Part shown: positions 26,001 through 38,700 of the stretch, piece after piece
How the letters are laid out: each line of letters opens with the position of its first letter
How positions within the stretch are numbered: the first letter of the stretch is position 1
Source of the DNA: Cenococcum geophilum
Taxonomy: Eukaryota
Length of the DNA stretch: 64,000 bases
Reading direction: 5' to 3'
Assembly: GCA_050273025.1 (NCBI GenBank)
Contig: CP158635.1
Location: 20,026,001-20,090,000, forward strand
Notes under the pieces: model-generated
Told to the model about the DNA's origin: nothing
Databases searched by the model: none
The model's input: the letters and a program-made list of their open reading frames with translations, nothing else
Program-made: the position numbers and the translations under genes

Positions 26001-27833
26001 ATTAATTATGTATAGAATAATTAGGTATTGCTATTACTAGTTATATAGTTTATATATAATATAATACCATAAAAAGGAATAGGTATATTACTATTTAAGG
26101 CGAATTACGGATATAAGCTAAGGACCTTATTATCGCTATATTAAGTAAAAAAAATAAGTAATATAGCTAAGTAAAGAATAAAGAGTTTAATAAATCTTTA
26201 TATAGACCTTACGGAAATAGCTAAGGTAGTATAGTAAAGAATAAAAAAGTACTATAATACTAAGAGATCTAAAGGACCAGATCTTAAGGAGGGAGATAAA
26301 GTATAGCTACTATATAAAAATTTTAAGAGTTAATAACTAAGTAAGAAGTTAGACCACGTTAGACTAGGACCTTTTAAAATTATATAGAAAATTATATTAG
26401 TTATATTTAAGTTAAATCTACTAGCTAGGATAAAGATCTACCCTATATAGTATATTATAATGCTAAAGCTAGTATATAGAAATATTAAGCCACTAGTTTA
26501 TAAAGTAGACACATATAAAGAATAAGAGGAAGATAAATAGTAAGTTTTAAAGATTATTAGTTATAAGGATATAAATAATAAAATATAGTATAAAGTAAAG
26601 TAGATAGGCTATAATAGGGCTATCTAGGAGCTATTAGAGAACCTAAAGAACGCTATAGAAAAGGTATAGGAGTATTAGAAGAGAAAAGGTTAAGCAATAT
26701 TAATAAAGGGGAATTACTAAAGAATAAGTTACCTAAGGGGGACCTAGGAGGAGCAACTACTAAACTACTTAGAGTTATTTCCTTCCCTATTAAAAGAGAA
26801 TCTATTTTTTTATTACTAAGTTTCTATAAACCTTATTAAATAAGTTTCTACTTCTTTAAATAAACCTTTTTATAAATACGTTCTAAATGCTAAAAATAAA
26901 TATAAGCTAGACGCTAAACTTTAAGGATACGTATAGACTCTTTTAAGGCATATTAGACCATAAGCAGCGCTAAAGATAGCTTACTATTAAGCTTTATAGC
27001 GGTAGATTAAATATAAAACCCTATAATAAATTACTTAGGAAACTTAGAGACTATTAAGAGTTATAAAACGCGCATACTTAGCGTTAGAAATTAAGTGAAT
27101 ATTATAAAACAATTAAACGTTTACTTTAGTGTACTTTATATAAAAAGAAGGTTATTAAAATAAAGAACTTGCCAACGTAATATAAACTAACCCTTTTTTT
27201 ATATAATAAGAATATAAAGATAATATTATTTTACTAAGTAATAGTATAAAAGAGACTATATACGTATAATAAAGAGTTAAAGAAGAAGAAGGTGCTTTAG
27301 GTATTATAAGTAATAATATTAACTAAATTAATTAGATAGATATTATACCTCTAGTAAATAACTTAAAGATATTAGGTATCTTTAAGAACAAAGATAAAAA
27401 AGAGGGAGATAGTATTATAAACGCTTTAAGTATAATATTATAACTACTTAGAGAGGAGCTAGAAGAAGCTAATTAGTTAATATAAGTATAGTCTAAAATA
27501 GAACCTATAGAACTATATAATAAGGAATAGTAAATAAAGTTATATAATATAATCTATATAATCTATATAATCTATAAGATCTATAATAGAGTAAATAGAG
27601 TAAATAGAGCAGATAGAGTAACGACTTTCTTAGGAGTACGGTTGTATATTTAAGGACCCTTAGTCCCTACCTAAATAGTTCCTTCCTTATAGTAATTCTT
27701 AGAATATAATTAGAGTTAATTTATTAGGCAACTACTCTACTAGTTATTATTACGTTGTTAACTTATTTGCAATACCTATATACCTAGCCTATTAACGAGT
27801 CTACCGTAGTTCCTACTATAAGGCTCCGTTACA
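20031..27833 (+). mobile_element. Ty3/Gypsy chromovirus LTR retrotransposon, copy 1 (RIP-inactivated, RNase H deletion)
   Basis: 421 bp LTRs 20031-20451 and 27413-27833. TSD CTAGC/CTAGT. Purine tract before the 3' LTR. RIP-altered gag CCHC knuckle (~21500), RT YLDD read as YLNN (~24603), integrase, chromodomain (~26530-26680). Confidence 0.95.
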
Positions 27834-29509
27834 CTAGTAGCGTCGCTATAAAGAGGCTAATAATATAAGCAGTTAGCGAGCTTATAGAGTTATAACAGTT
27901 AGCTATAAAACTGCAGCTAGCTAACAGCTCGCTGCCTTAGTAGTAAGATTTAGTAGTAAGCTATAGCTTTTAGTAGAAGTTAAGGATATTTAAATTCTTG
28001 GCTAAGATCTAGTTAGTTAATTATATGCTAATTAATAAGAAGCCTCTAGGAATCTCTTGCTTAGCTATAGTATTCTTACTTATATAAGTATTTATATACT
28101 AAGAAATAATTTAATACGTATACCATTACTAAAATTAATTAAATTAGTGTTATGCCTAAGCCTAACCCACTTGACCATATAAACTAAAAAGATAGCAGCA
28201 GTGTCTTGCGACTGGACGGGCTGCCGGTTGGAATGCCTTATAAGCTCTCTAGCTTATACCGCTATATAGGTAGCGCAAGGTCTAACAATTAGGTATTAAC
28301 TACCCTTAACTATATTATAACTATATATAATTAAAGCTCTATATTTCTAATATAGTTTCCTTATTAAACTATCTATATTAGTTATAAGTAGCTAGTTATA
28401 TAATAGCTTTATAGTAGTATAATAAAGGGTAGCTATTAAGTTGTTTTATTTTATATATATAGTTGCAAATATATATATATATAATCTTAGATACACTTAT
28501 ATATAAAAATAGTATAAAAATAAAGGGTTATATATTTAATATAGCCTCTATATATTACTATTAATAATCTATATAAATAGCTAGTAGTTTAGTTATATTA
28601 TAGTAAAGTAGTAGAAGGGCATTTAGGCTTTAGGGTTTAAGGAAGATCTTTATAGGTTTTATTATAGAGTATTATCTACTACCTAGAGCTAAGGCATAAC
28701 TTACTCTATAATAATAAGTAACTAAGACTTCTTAAGTTAGGAATATTCTATTTATAGTAACTACTACCTCTCTAATATCTAGTTAAAATATAAGTAATTA
28801 TTAGTATGACTTTTACAACGTGCAGAATATATATTATAATAATATATACTATATGGTGTTATAAATAGATAATTAATTCTCTAAGATCTACGCGTCGCAA
28901 GAGGTAAGGCTTGTCGCGTGTTCTCCTATAACCTCTATCAACCAATTACGATTTTCTATACCCGGCATGGAAAATCGCCATTAGCTCGCTTACCACTAGC
29001 GCCTTAGCTACCCTTACGATATATCTAACACTTCTAGCTACACTAGGAATACTTTAGAAAACGTAAAGATCTAATATCCTACAACTGTGCAATTTAAAAA
29101 TCTATATACGCACTTCTCCTTCCTTCCTTACTATTATAGTATAGGTTATAATAGTACTAGGTAGTGTTATAGGTGCAGGTAAATTATTATACATCGGCAA
29201 AATATGGTACCCTTTCAATGGCCTCAATGGTTGGTGGTTGACGCAATTGGCGCGCAGTTGAGGTCATTTGGCAACTCGACCGACTAGCCTATGTCGTGTT
29301 TTTTTAACACGCAGCCTGCGCGCAGCCTGCGCGCAACCTGCGCGCAACCTGCCAGCAATCTACGCATTTGGCAACCATAATTATATTTACCTCTTTTATA
29401 CTAATAGCATATTTTAAATAAATAAAAGCTATTTTAAAGCTATTTATAAGGCTAGCAAAATAAATAATATTATTTTAGATAATTTAATATAATATAGCGA
29501 TGGTTCTCT

Positions 29510-29875
29510 TCTACCTATCTACCTATTAACTTACCTACCTGCCTATCTACCTACCTGCCTGCATCGCCTACCTGTCTACATTACCTACCTATCTGCATTG
29601 CCTACCTGTCTGCATTACCTACCTGTCTGCATTGCCTACCTGCCTGCATTGCCTACCTGTCTGCATTGCCTACCTATCTGCATCGCCTACCTATCTGCAT
29701 CGCCTACCTGTTTGCATCTGCCTACCTGTCTATATCTGCCTACCCGTCAGCATCTGCCTACCTGTCTGCATCTGCTTGCCTGTCTGCATCTGCTTACCTG
29801 TCTGTATCTGCCTACCTGTCTGCATCTGCCTACCCGTCAGCATCTCCCTGTTTATACCTACCTGTCTGTGCTACC
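29510..29875. repeat. Minisatellite, 18-21 bp unit (CTGCCTACCTGTCTGCAT-like)
   Basis: Tandem degenerate copies read directly from the sequence. Confidence 0.9.
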
Positions 29876-29924
29876 TTGATTCGATCTATTAATCGAATCG
29901 TTTATAGTGTTCGCTGGCTAGTCG

Positions 29925-30350
29925 TTGTCGTCTGGTTCTGGCGACGGTCGTCTGGTTCTAGCGACGGTCGTCTAGTTCTGGTAACGGTCGTCTGGCTCTG
30001 GTAACGGTCGTCTGGCTCTGGTAACGGTCGTCTGGTTCTGGCGACGGTCGTCTAGTTCTAGCGACGGTCGTCTGGTTCTGGCGACGGTCGTCTGGTTCTG
30101 GCGACGGTCGTCTGGCTCTGGCGACGGTCGTCTGGTTTTGGCGACAGTCGTCTGACTCTGGAGACGGTCGTCTGGCTCTGGCGACGGTCGTCTGGTTCTG
30201 GTAACGGTCGTCTGGTTCTGGCGACGGTCGTCTGGTTCTAGCGACAGTTGTCTGGCTCTGGCGATAGTCGTCTGGCTCTGACGACGATTGTCTGGTTCTG
30301 GCGACGGTCGTCTGGTTCTAGCGATAGTCATCTAGTTCTAGCAACGGTCC
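29925..30350. repeat. Minisatellite, 21 bp unit (GGCGACGGTCGTCTGGTTCT-like)
   Basis: About 20 tandem copies. Confidence 0.95.
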
Positions 30351-30477
30351 TCTGCTGGCTGCCGTTCTAGTGCCTCCCTAGGTAGGGAGGATGTAAGGAG
30401 GGAAGGAAGGGTAAAAAATAAGGCGGCTACATAGGCAGAGACACGTGTAGACGCTATCGGGAATATAGCGGGGACCC

Positions 30478-31330
30478 GATGCAGAGCTTCGTGTAGAGCC
30501 TCCGTACGCAGAGCTTCGCGCAGAGCCTTGTGCAGAGCCTCTGTACGTAGAGCTTCGTATAGAGCTTCGTGTAGAGCTTCGTGTAGAGCCTCCGTATGCA
30601 GAGCTTCGCGCAGAGCCTCGTGCAGAGCTTCGTGTAGAGCCTCCGTACGCAGAGCTTCGCGCAGAGCCTCGTGCAGAGCCTCGTGCAGAGCTTCGTGCAG
30701 AGCCTCCGTACGCAGAGCCTCGCGTAGAGCCTCGTGCAGAGCCTCTACGTAGAGCTTCGTGCAGAGCCTCCGTACGCAGAGCTTCGCGCAGAGCCTCATG
30801 CAGAGCCTCTGTACGTAGAGCTTCGTGCAGAGCTTCGTGCAGAGCTTCGTGCAGAGCTTCGTGCAGAGCTTCGTGCAGAGCTTCGTGCAGAGCCTCCGTA
30901 CGCAGAGCCTCGCGCAGAGCCTCGTGCAGAGCCTCTACGTAGAGCTTCGTGCAGAGCCTCCGTACGCAGAGCCTCGCGCAGAGCTTCGTGCAGAGCCTCT
31001 ACGTAGAGCTTCGTGCAGAGCCTCCGTACGCAGAGCTTCGCGCAGAGCCTCGTGCAGAGCCTCTGTACGTAGAGCTTCGTGTAGAGCTTCGTGTAGAGCT
31101 TCGTGTAGAGCTTCGTGTAGAGCTTCGTGTAGAGCTTCGTGTAGAGCTTCGTGTAGAGCTTCGTGTAGAGCTTCGTGTAGAGCTTCGTGTAGAGCCTTGT
31201 GCAGAGCCTCGTGTAGAGCTTCGTGTAGAGCTTCGTGTAGAGCCTTGTGCAGAGCCTCGTGTAGAGCTTCGTGTAGAGCTTCGTGTAGAGCTTCGTGTAG
31301 AGCCTTGTGCAGAGCCTTATGCAGAGCCTC
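30478..31330. repeat. Minisatellite, 12 bp unit GTG(C/T)AGAGCTTC with 15 bp variants
   Basis: Dozens of tandem copies with higher-order patterning. Confidence 0.95.
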
Positions 31331-31379
31331 TAAGTAATAAGACTATGTAAGATTATATAAGATTGCGTAATTGGCATAT

Positions 31380-31672
31380 AGCTTTACCTTAATTGCATGT
31401 CAAGGAATATACAGTTAGCTTTTAAAGTTGTTAAATAGGTTAACTGCGTGTCAAGGAATATGCAGTTAGCTTTTAAAGTTGTCAAGTTAGTTAATTGCGT
31501 ATTAAGTTAGTTAAATTACATGTCAAGTTGGTTAATTGCGTATTAAGTTGGTTAAATTGCATGTTAAGTTGGTCAATTGCGTATTAAGTTGGTTAAATTG
31601 CATGTCAAGTTGGTCAATTGCGTGTCAAGTTGGTCAATTGCGTGTCAAGTTGGTCAAATTGCATGTCAATTA
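31380..31672. repeat. Minisatellite, 20-21 bp unit AATTGCGTGTCAAGTTGGTC
   Basis: Tandem copies with RIP-type variants. Confidence 0.9.
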
Positions 31673-32365
31673 CGCGAAACGCGCCACACAAAGTCTACTT
31701 GAATCTCATCCTGCGAATATTTTCCCGATGTAAGTTGCCGTAGATTGCCGTAGATTGCGGTTATATAATATAGAGATCGTATATACCCTCTTTACTATAT
31801 TTATACGTTAATTAACTAGGTCACTAATATAGTGCGTTTTACTTATTCCACTATCTTTAACTCAATTTGGTTTATGTCGATAAGTTACTTAAGGGCTAAT
31901 AATGGTTTGCTTTTAGTTATAGCGTCTATAGGGTTACTATCTCCGTTAATTTATTTAACTTCCGCTATTTCGCGTCTTTTATATAACTAGCGTAGGCATA
32001 TAATATTAATTATAAGTCTCTTCTCTTATATAGTTCTTAGTTTAACAAGGCATTTATAAATTAACTTAAAATTAGTATAAAGAATAAGCGAAAGGCTAAT
32101 ATTAAGTTACAATTTAATTATGGCCTTAATTATAGCGCTAATATTAAAACTATAGGCTATAGTATATAATTCGGAGGCTAGTACGCTTCTAGTAATTCTT
32201 TTACACTTAACTAAGGACCAGTAGACAATATTCGCCTTATTTAATAAGTCTGCTAGTACTAGGATATATCCAATCTATAATAAAAGGTCTTTATTATTTA
32301 TAAATAAGGAATTAGTAAATATAAGTAGTTAAAGTATTTTTATATCAAGCTTAATAAAGCTTAAG

Positions 32366-32695
32366 TGTAACGGAATCCCCCGAGAGGTACATATCCAATG
32401 AGATGGTAGGAGGTTTTATCTATGTCCCATCTATGTTCCAGAAGACATAGTCAGACAGGTTAGGGGCGAAAGGTTTTACTAGCGTCTTGGAAGAAACATA
32501 TAGGAAGCTGGTTCCCCTCTAGAGAAGAACTAGCGATTAGTCTCTAAATAGAAGTGGTTAGAAGCATTTGTCCTTTAATACGTGAAACTTATTCTACCTT
32601 TAACTTACCTTTAACTTACCTTTAACTTACCTTCTACTTACCGGTGATACTGTCGATTAGATAATCATACGTTCCGGTTAAGCTGGCCTCTTACA
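32366..32695. mobile_element. Solo LTR (330 bp) of a different family inserted in the Copia pol
   Basis: TGTAA...TTACA termini, perfect 5 bp TSD TTAAG (32361-32365, 32696-32700). The Copia frame resumes across it. Confidence 0.9.
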
Positions 32696-32766
32696 TTAAG
32701 CCTCTTATTAAGTTCTTAATTTGCCACTAAATTCTCTTATTAAGTAGTTTTGCGTCTTTCTTATTA

Positions 32767-35700
32767 TGTAACGGAGCCTTATAGCAGGAACTACGGTAAA
32801 CTTGTTAATGGGCTAAGTATATAGGTATTGCAAGTAAGTTAATAACGTAATAATAACTGGTAGAGTGGTTGCCTAATAGATTAACTCTAATTATATTCTA
32901 AGAATTACTATAAGAAAGAAACTATCTAGGTAGGGATTAAGGGTCCTTAAATACATAACCGTACTCTTAAGAAAGTTATTACTCTATCTACTCTATCTAC
33001 TCTATTTGCTTTATTATAGATCTTATAGATTATATAGATTATATAGATTATATTATGTAACTCTACTTACTATTTCTTATTATATAGTTCTACGGGTTCC
33101 ATCCTAAACTATACTTATATTAACTAACTAGCTTCTTTTAACTCCTCTCTAAGTAGTTATAATATTATACTTAAAGCGTTTATAATATTATCTCCCTCCT
33201 TTTTATCTTCGTTCTTAAAGATACCTAGTATCTCTAAATTATTTACTAGAGGTATAATATCCGTCTAATTAATTTAGTTAATATTATTACTTATAATACC
33301 TAAAGCACCTTTTTCTTCTTTAACTCTTTATTATATATATATAGTCTCTTCTATATTATTACTTAGTAAAGTAATATTATCTCTATATTCTTATTACGCA
33401 AAAGAAGGGTTAGTCTATATTACGTTAGCAGGTCCTTTATTTTAATAACCCTCTTTTTATATAGAGTGCACTAAAGTAAATATTTAATTATTTTATAATA
33501 TTTGCTTAATTTCTAACGCTAAGTATATATATCCTATAACTCTTAATAGTCTCTAAGTTCCCTAAGTAATTTATTATAGGGTTTTATATTTAATCTGCTA
33601 CTATAAAGCTTAATAATAAGCTATCCTTAGCGCTACTTGCGGTCTAATATACCTTAGAAGAGTTTATATATATCCTTAAAGCTTAATATCTAGCTTATAC
33701 TTATCTTTAGCGTTTAAGATATATCTATAAAAAGGTTTATTTAAAGAAATAGAAACTTATTTAATAAGGTTTATAAAAACTTAGTAATAAAAGAATAGAT
33801 TTTCTTTTAATAGTAAAGGAAATAACTCTAAGTAGTTTAGCAGTTGCTCTTCCTAGGTCCCCCTTAGGTAACTTATTCTTTAGTAATTTCCCTTTATTAA
33901 TATTACCTAACCTTTTTTCTTTTAATACTTCTATACCTTTCCTATAGCGTTCTTTAGGTTCTCTAGTAGTTCCTAGGTAGTCTTATTATAGCCTATCTAC
34001 TTTACTTTATACTCTATTTTATTATCTATATCCTTATAACTAACGATCTTTAAAACTTACTATTTATCTTCCTTTTATCCTCTATATATATCTGCTTTAT
34101 AAACTAATAGCTTAACATTTTTATATACTAGCTCTAGCATTACAATATACTATATAGGGTAGATCTTTATTCTAGCTAGTAGATTTAACTTAAATATAAC
34201 TAATAAAAAATTTTATATAATTTTAAAAGGTCCTAGTCTAACATAGTCTAACTTCTTACTTAGTTATTAACTCTTAAAATTTTTATATAGTAACTATACT
34301 TTATCTCCCTCCTTAAGATCTAGTCCCTTAGATCTCTTAACATTATAATACTTTTTTATTCTTTACTATACTACCTTAGCTATTTCTATAAGGTCTATAT
34401 AAAGATTTATTAAACTCTTTATTCTTTACTTAGCTATACTATTTATCTTTTTTACTTAATATAGCGATAATAAGGTCCTTAGCTTATATCCGTAATTTGC
34501 CTTAAATAGTAACATACCTATTCCTTCTTATAGTATTATATTATATATAAATTATATAACTAGTAATAGTAATACCTAATTATTCTATATATAATTAATA
34601 TAATACCTTAAATACTATTCTAGTGTCTAATTTAATCTTTCTATTTAACCGTCTATCTATAGATAATATATAGTAAAAGTTACTACTTAAACTCCTTACT
34701 CTGCTAAAAATACTTCCTAAAATACTACTATAAATCTTAGATCTCTATTTAATATAATCTTACTTAGTGCTCTATATCTTATAAATACTTCTTTAATATA
34801 GATTCTAGTAATATCTTCTGCTAATATTTCTTCTAAATATGCTATAAAATATCCCTACTTTATAAGCTTATCTATTATTACTAAAATTATATTATAATCT
34901 TATCTGGTAATAGGGTCTCTTAACTTTAGTAACTTAATAATAAAGTCCTATAATATAACCTCCTATAGTCTCTCTAGTATTTTAATAGGTTATAGCTTTC
35001 TATATAGTTTATACCTCGTTAGTTTATTCCTTTAGTAATCTAGATATTCTTTTATAACTTACCTAGCTAGTTCCTAAATTCCATTAATAATATACTCTTT
35101 TTAAAGTCTTAACACTAAGCCTATAGCTCTATTATATCCTTAAGTTAGTCCTTTATAAAATAACTTAATAAACTCTTTTATAATAGCTCTTAGTATATAT
35201 ATTACTTCTTAATTTTTATACTACTTTAAGTCTAAATCCTCTATTTATACGTCTAGGATTTTTTATATTTAATTACGCTTTAATAATTTATAAATCTTCT
35301 CTTCTTATATTACTGTAATCTTTAAATAATTATACCTAATTAATCTATCTGTATCCCTTTGTAATAAAGCCCCTAATAGCTTTTTATCGTTTTATAGTTT
35401 AGCTTTTCTACTTAGAGTATTTACTTATGTATTCTCTATTCCCTTAATATACTAAATCTTAAAATAATATTCTATAAGCATCTCCGCCTATCTAACCTAT
35501 ATATAATTAAGTTCTTTTATTATTAGGAACCCTACTAAGTTCTTATAATTCGTCTTAACTATAAATAGTTTCTCTATACCTTATAAGAATAATCTCTATT
35601 TCTTTAGTACTATAACTATACCTAATAACTTCTTATTATAGATGTTATAGTTTAGTTCTAGTAGTATTATCTTTTAACTATAGTATACTACTAGGTACTA

Positions 35701-38700
35701 TCTATCTTTATATTTTTATAAAAAGCACGCTCCTAGTATATAGTCTAATATATCCATTTTAACTACTATTTCTAATTATAGCTAATAGATTTTAAGAACT
35801 AGCTCCTAGGTAAATAACCATTTAACCTTTTTAAATAGTTCCTTTTATTCCTCTTCTTATACCTATAGTTCTTTCTTCTTTATTAATCTTATAAATGGCT
35901 TAATATCCTTTAACTATTAAGCTATAAACTTTCTATAGTAGTTACAGAACCCTAAAAATAACCTTAACTATATTATATTTTCTAGTTCTTACCAATTTAC
36001 TATAACCTTAATCTTCTTTAAATCTATACTAAATTAGCCTAGTTTAATAATAAATCTAATAAAATCTATTTTCCTAGTAAAGAATTTATATTTCTTAATT
36101 ACTACTAGTATCTATTCTTCTTATAGTCTCTTTAAAACCCATTTAATATATTCTCTATATTCTTCCTTATTTATTAAGTAGATAATAATAATATTAAGGT
36201 ATACTATAACAAATTTATCCAAGTATTCTCTTAATATATTATTAATACGCTTTTAAAATATTATTAGTATGTTTATAAGCCTAAATTATATAACTAATAG
36301 TTTATATAGTCCTTCCTTTAACCTAAAGGCTACCTTTTATTTATTATCTTCCTTAATTCTAATTTAATAGTACGCCTATCTTAGATCTATCTTTATAAAG
36401 ATTTATATATTACTAATCCTATCTTAGATTTCGCTTATTAAGGGTAAAAAATACCTATCCTTTCTAGTAATGCTATTTAACTATCTATAGTTAATATATA
36501 GTCTAAGTTTTCTATTCTTCTTTAGTACGAATAGTACTAGATATCCCGCTAATAACTATAATAGTCTAATATATCCCTTTTAAAGGTTTTCTTAGACAAA
36601 CTTCTTAAGTACCTATAACTCTTTTTCTATTAACTTATAGGTTAGGTAAAACCTTAAACTTATTTCTAGTTCTAATTCTATCTTATAGTTCTATACTATA
36701 TAATCTAATAGCTTTTTACTTTTTAGTAACCATAGCTTCTTACTATATTTATAGTATCTCTTTAGTATATAACTTAATCCTTAATTAGTCTCCTTATATA
36801 TCGCTCTAACTTAATACTATACTAACTTAGTTTATTATTATATCTTATATTATTATATATCTTTAATATTAACCTAACCTATAACCTAATTAATCTTTAG
36901 ATTATATTCCTATAACTAAGGCATTCCTAATACTATCTTATTATTCCCTAATAGTAATATATTAAAAGACATCTTAACTTATCTTCCTTTAATGGTTATC
37001 TAAATAGGTCCTATTTTAAGATTAATAATACCTCCTCTATAGGCTATTAGATCTCCTAAAATTATTACTAATAAATAAGGGTGCTCCTTTTGCCTATATA
37101 GTAGTCCTATCCTTTTAACTGCTATTAATAAAATATAGTTTCGTATTACTCCACTATCTACTAATACTTTAAACTATTAATCTTACTAATTAACTTTTAA
37201 ATTTAGGTATTATTCTTAAATTCCTTTAAGGGTTTAAAGCTCTATTACTAGCTCCCTTTAGTTTTATAAGCCTCTACTTTTCCTAACTATTAGCTACTTA
37301 ATCCTTATACACTTAACTTACTCTTTAGCCAATATTTAGTCCACTTTTTATCTTTAATATACTATAGATAGGTATTCTCTAAACATTCCTACTATTATTA
37401 TCTATCTAGGCATTCTTCTATAAGGAATCTTTTTAGTTAAAGTATTAAGTTTTCTAACTCCTAAACTTCTACTAGATACTAGCTATATATATACTTAGTA
37501 TTTCTATACTATTACTTATCTAGCGCCTAATATATCCTTATAGGGTATTTCCAGTTTTTTATATTATAGATTTTTATAGATTTTATATATATTATCTATA
37601 TATGCAATCTATAATAGCGTATAGTATACTATATACTTTAGGTTAATTCTTAACTTATCTTTATTCTTAAGTTTAAACCTTTATTACGTTAATTTAAATA
37701 TTATAACTTTATTTGTAGGTACTAAGACGCATCTCTTACTTCTCTAGTCCTCTAATTATTCCTTTAAATCCTTTAATATTATAATTAAGGCTCCCTTAAT
37801 ATAATTTATCGCTTTTTCCGTAATTAGGTAGTCTTAGATAACTTTTTCGTCTAACTATATATAGAAATCTTCCCACTTATTATTATATCTTTACCTATAC
37901 CACTTCTAATATAGCTACTAGAGTATATATAGCTTATCTATAAGGAAGTATCTTCTTATTACTACGTTATAACAGCCTTTTATATATTATTCCTTAAACC
38001 TAATTAGAATCCCTAAATCCTCTTTATTTTTTAATTTAGTAAGCTACTTAGCTCTTAGTATACCTATTCTTAACCTATTAGTAATTCTTTATATAGGTAC
38101 TCTGTCCTTTATATAACCTAATATACTAGATTTTATATCTAGTTTCTTTTTTTATTATATAAGGATTTTTGCTCTAAACTTATTTATAGTTTCTTATTGT
38201 TTATATCTTATAATTAGATCCTTAAAGTTCTCTTACTTCTTAATTGCTATATTAACTTTTTAATCTTTAGGTTAAATACTATATTCGCCTAGTAAGTCTT
38301 TTAAGTCTATATATCTATCTCCTAATTTAACTACTGTTTATACTATAGATTCTTTAATCTATAGCGAAGTCTCTTACTTCTTTTTACGGGTGTCTTTATT
38401 CGTACTCTAAATTCTTAACCCCTTAAATTCTTTAACCCTAAGCTTACTTTTTTCTTAAGCTATACTTTAGCCTTAGTCTAACTAGGCTTTACTAGTGTCC
38501 TTATCTTATTTTAAGAGTCCTAAATCTCACTTATTTTGTCTTAAGAGTCTTATACCTTTAGGAAACTTTATCCTAAGCTTATTTATATATTACTAAACTA
38601 AGCTATTACTCTATTTTATTGGTTTTCGTCTATTATAGGTTCTTAAATATACCTTATCTTATCTTAAGAATCTTAGTTATCTCTTATCTCGTCTTAAAAA

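Larger units (their letters stand above)
29192..31730. mobile_element. Non-autonomous TIR element filled with minisatellites
   Basis: TA|CATCGGCAAAATAT ... ATATTTTCCCGATG|TA, a 13/14 inverted match with TA on both sides. Removing it rejoins the Copia 3' TTGCCGTAGA-type repeat. Confidence 0.8.

Noticed and set aside
29925..31330. CRISPR-like appearance of the regular repeats
   Set aside because: There are no unique spacers or cas genes and the context is eukaryotic; these are head-to-tail minisatellites.
29598..31733. Repetitive ORFs (CLPV, ASAYLS, RASC, ELRA, EALH repeats)
   Set aside because: They are open in several frames on both strands because the minisatellite units are stop-free multiples of 3; there is no independent sign of coding.
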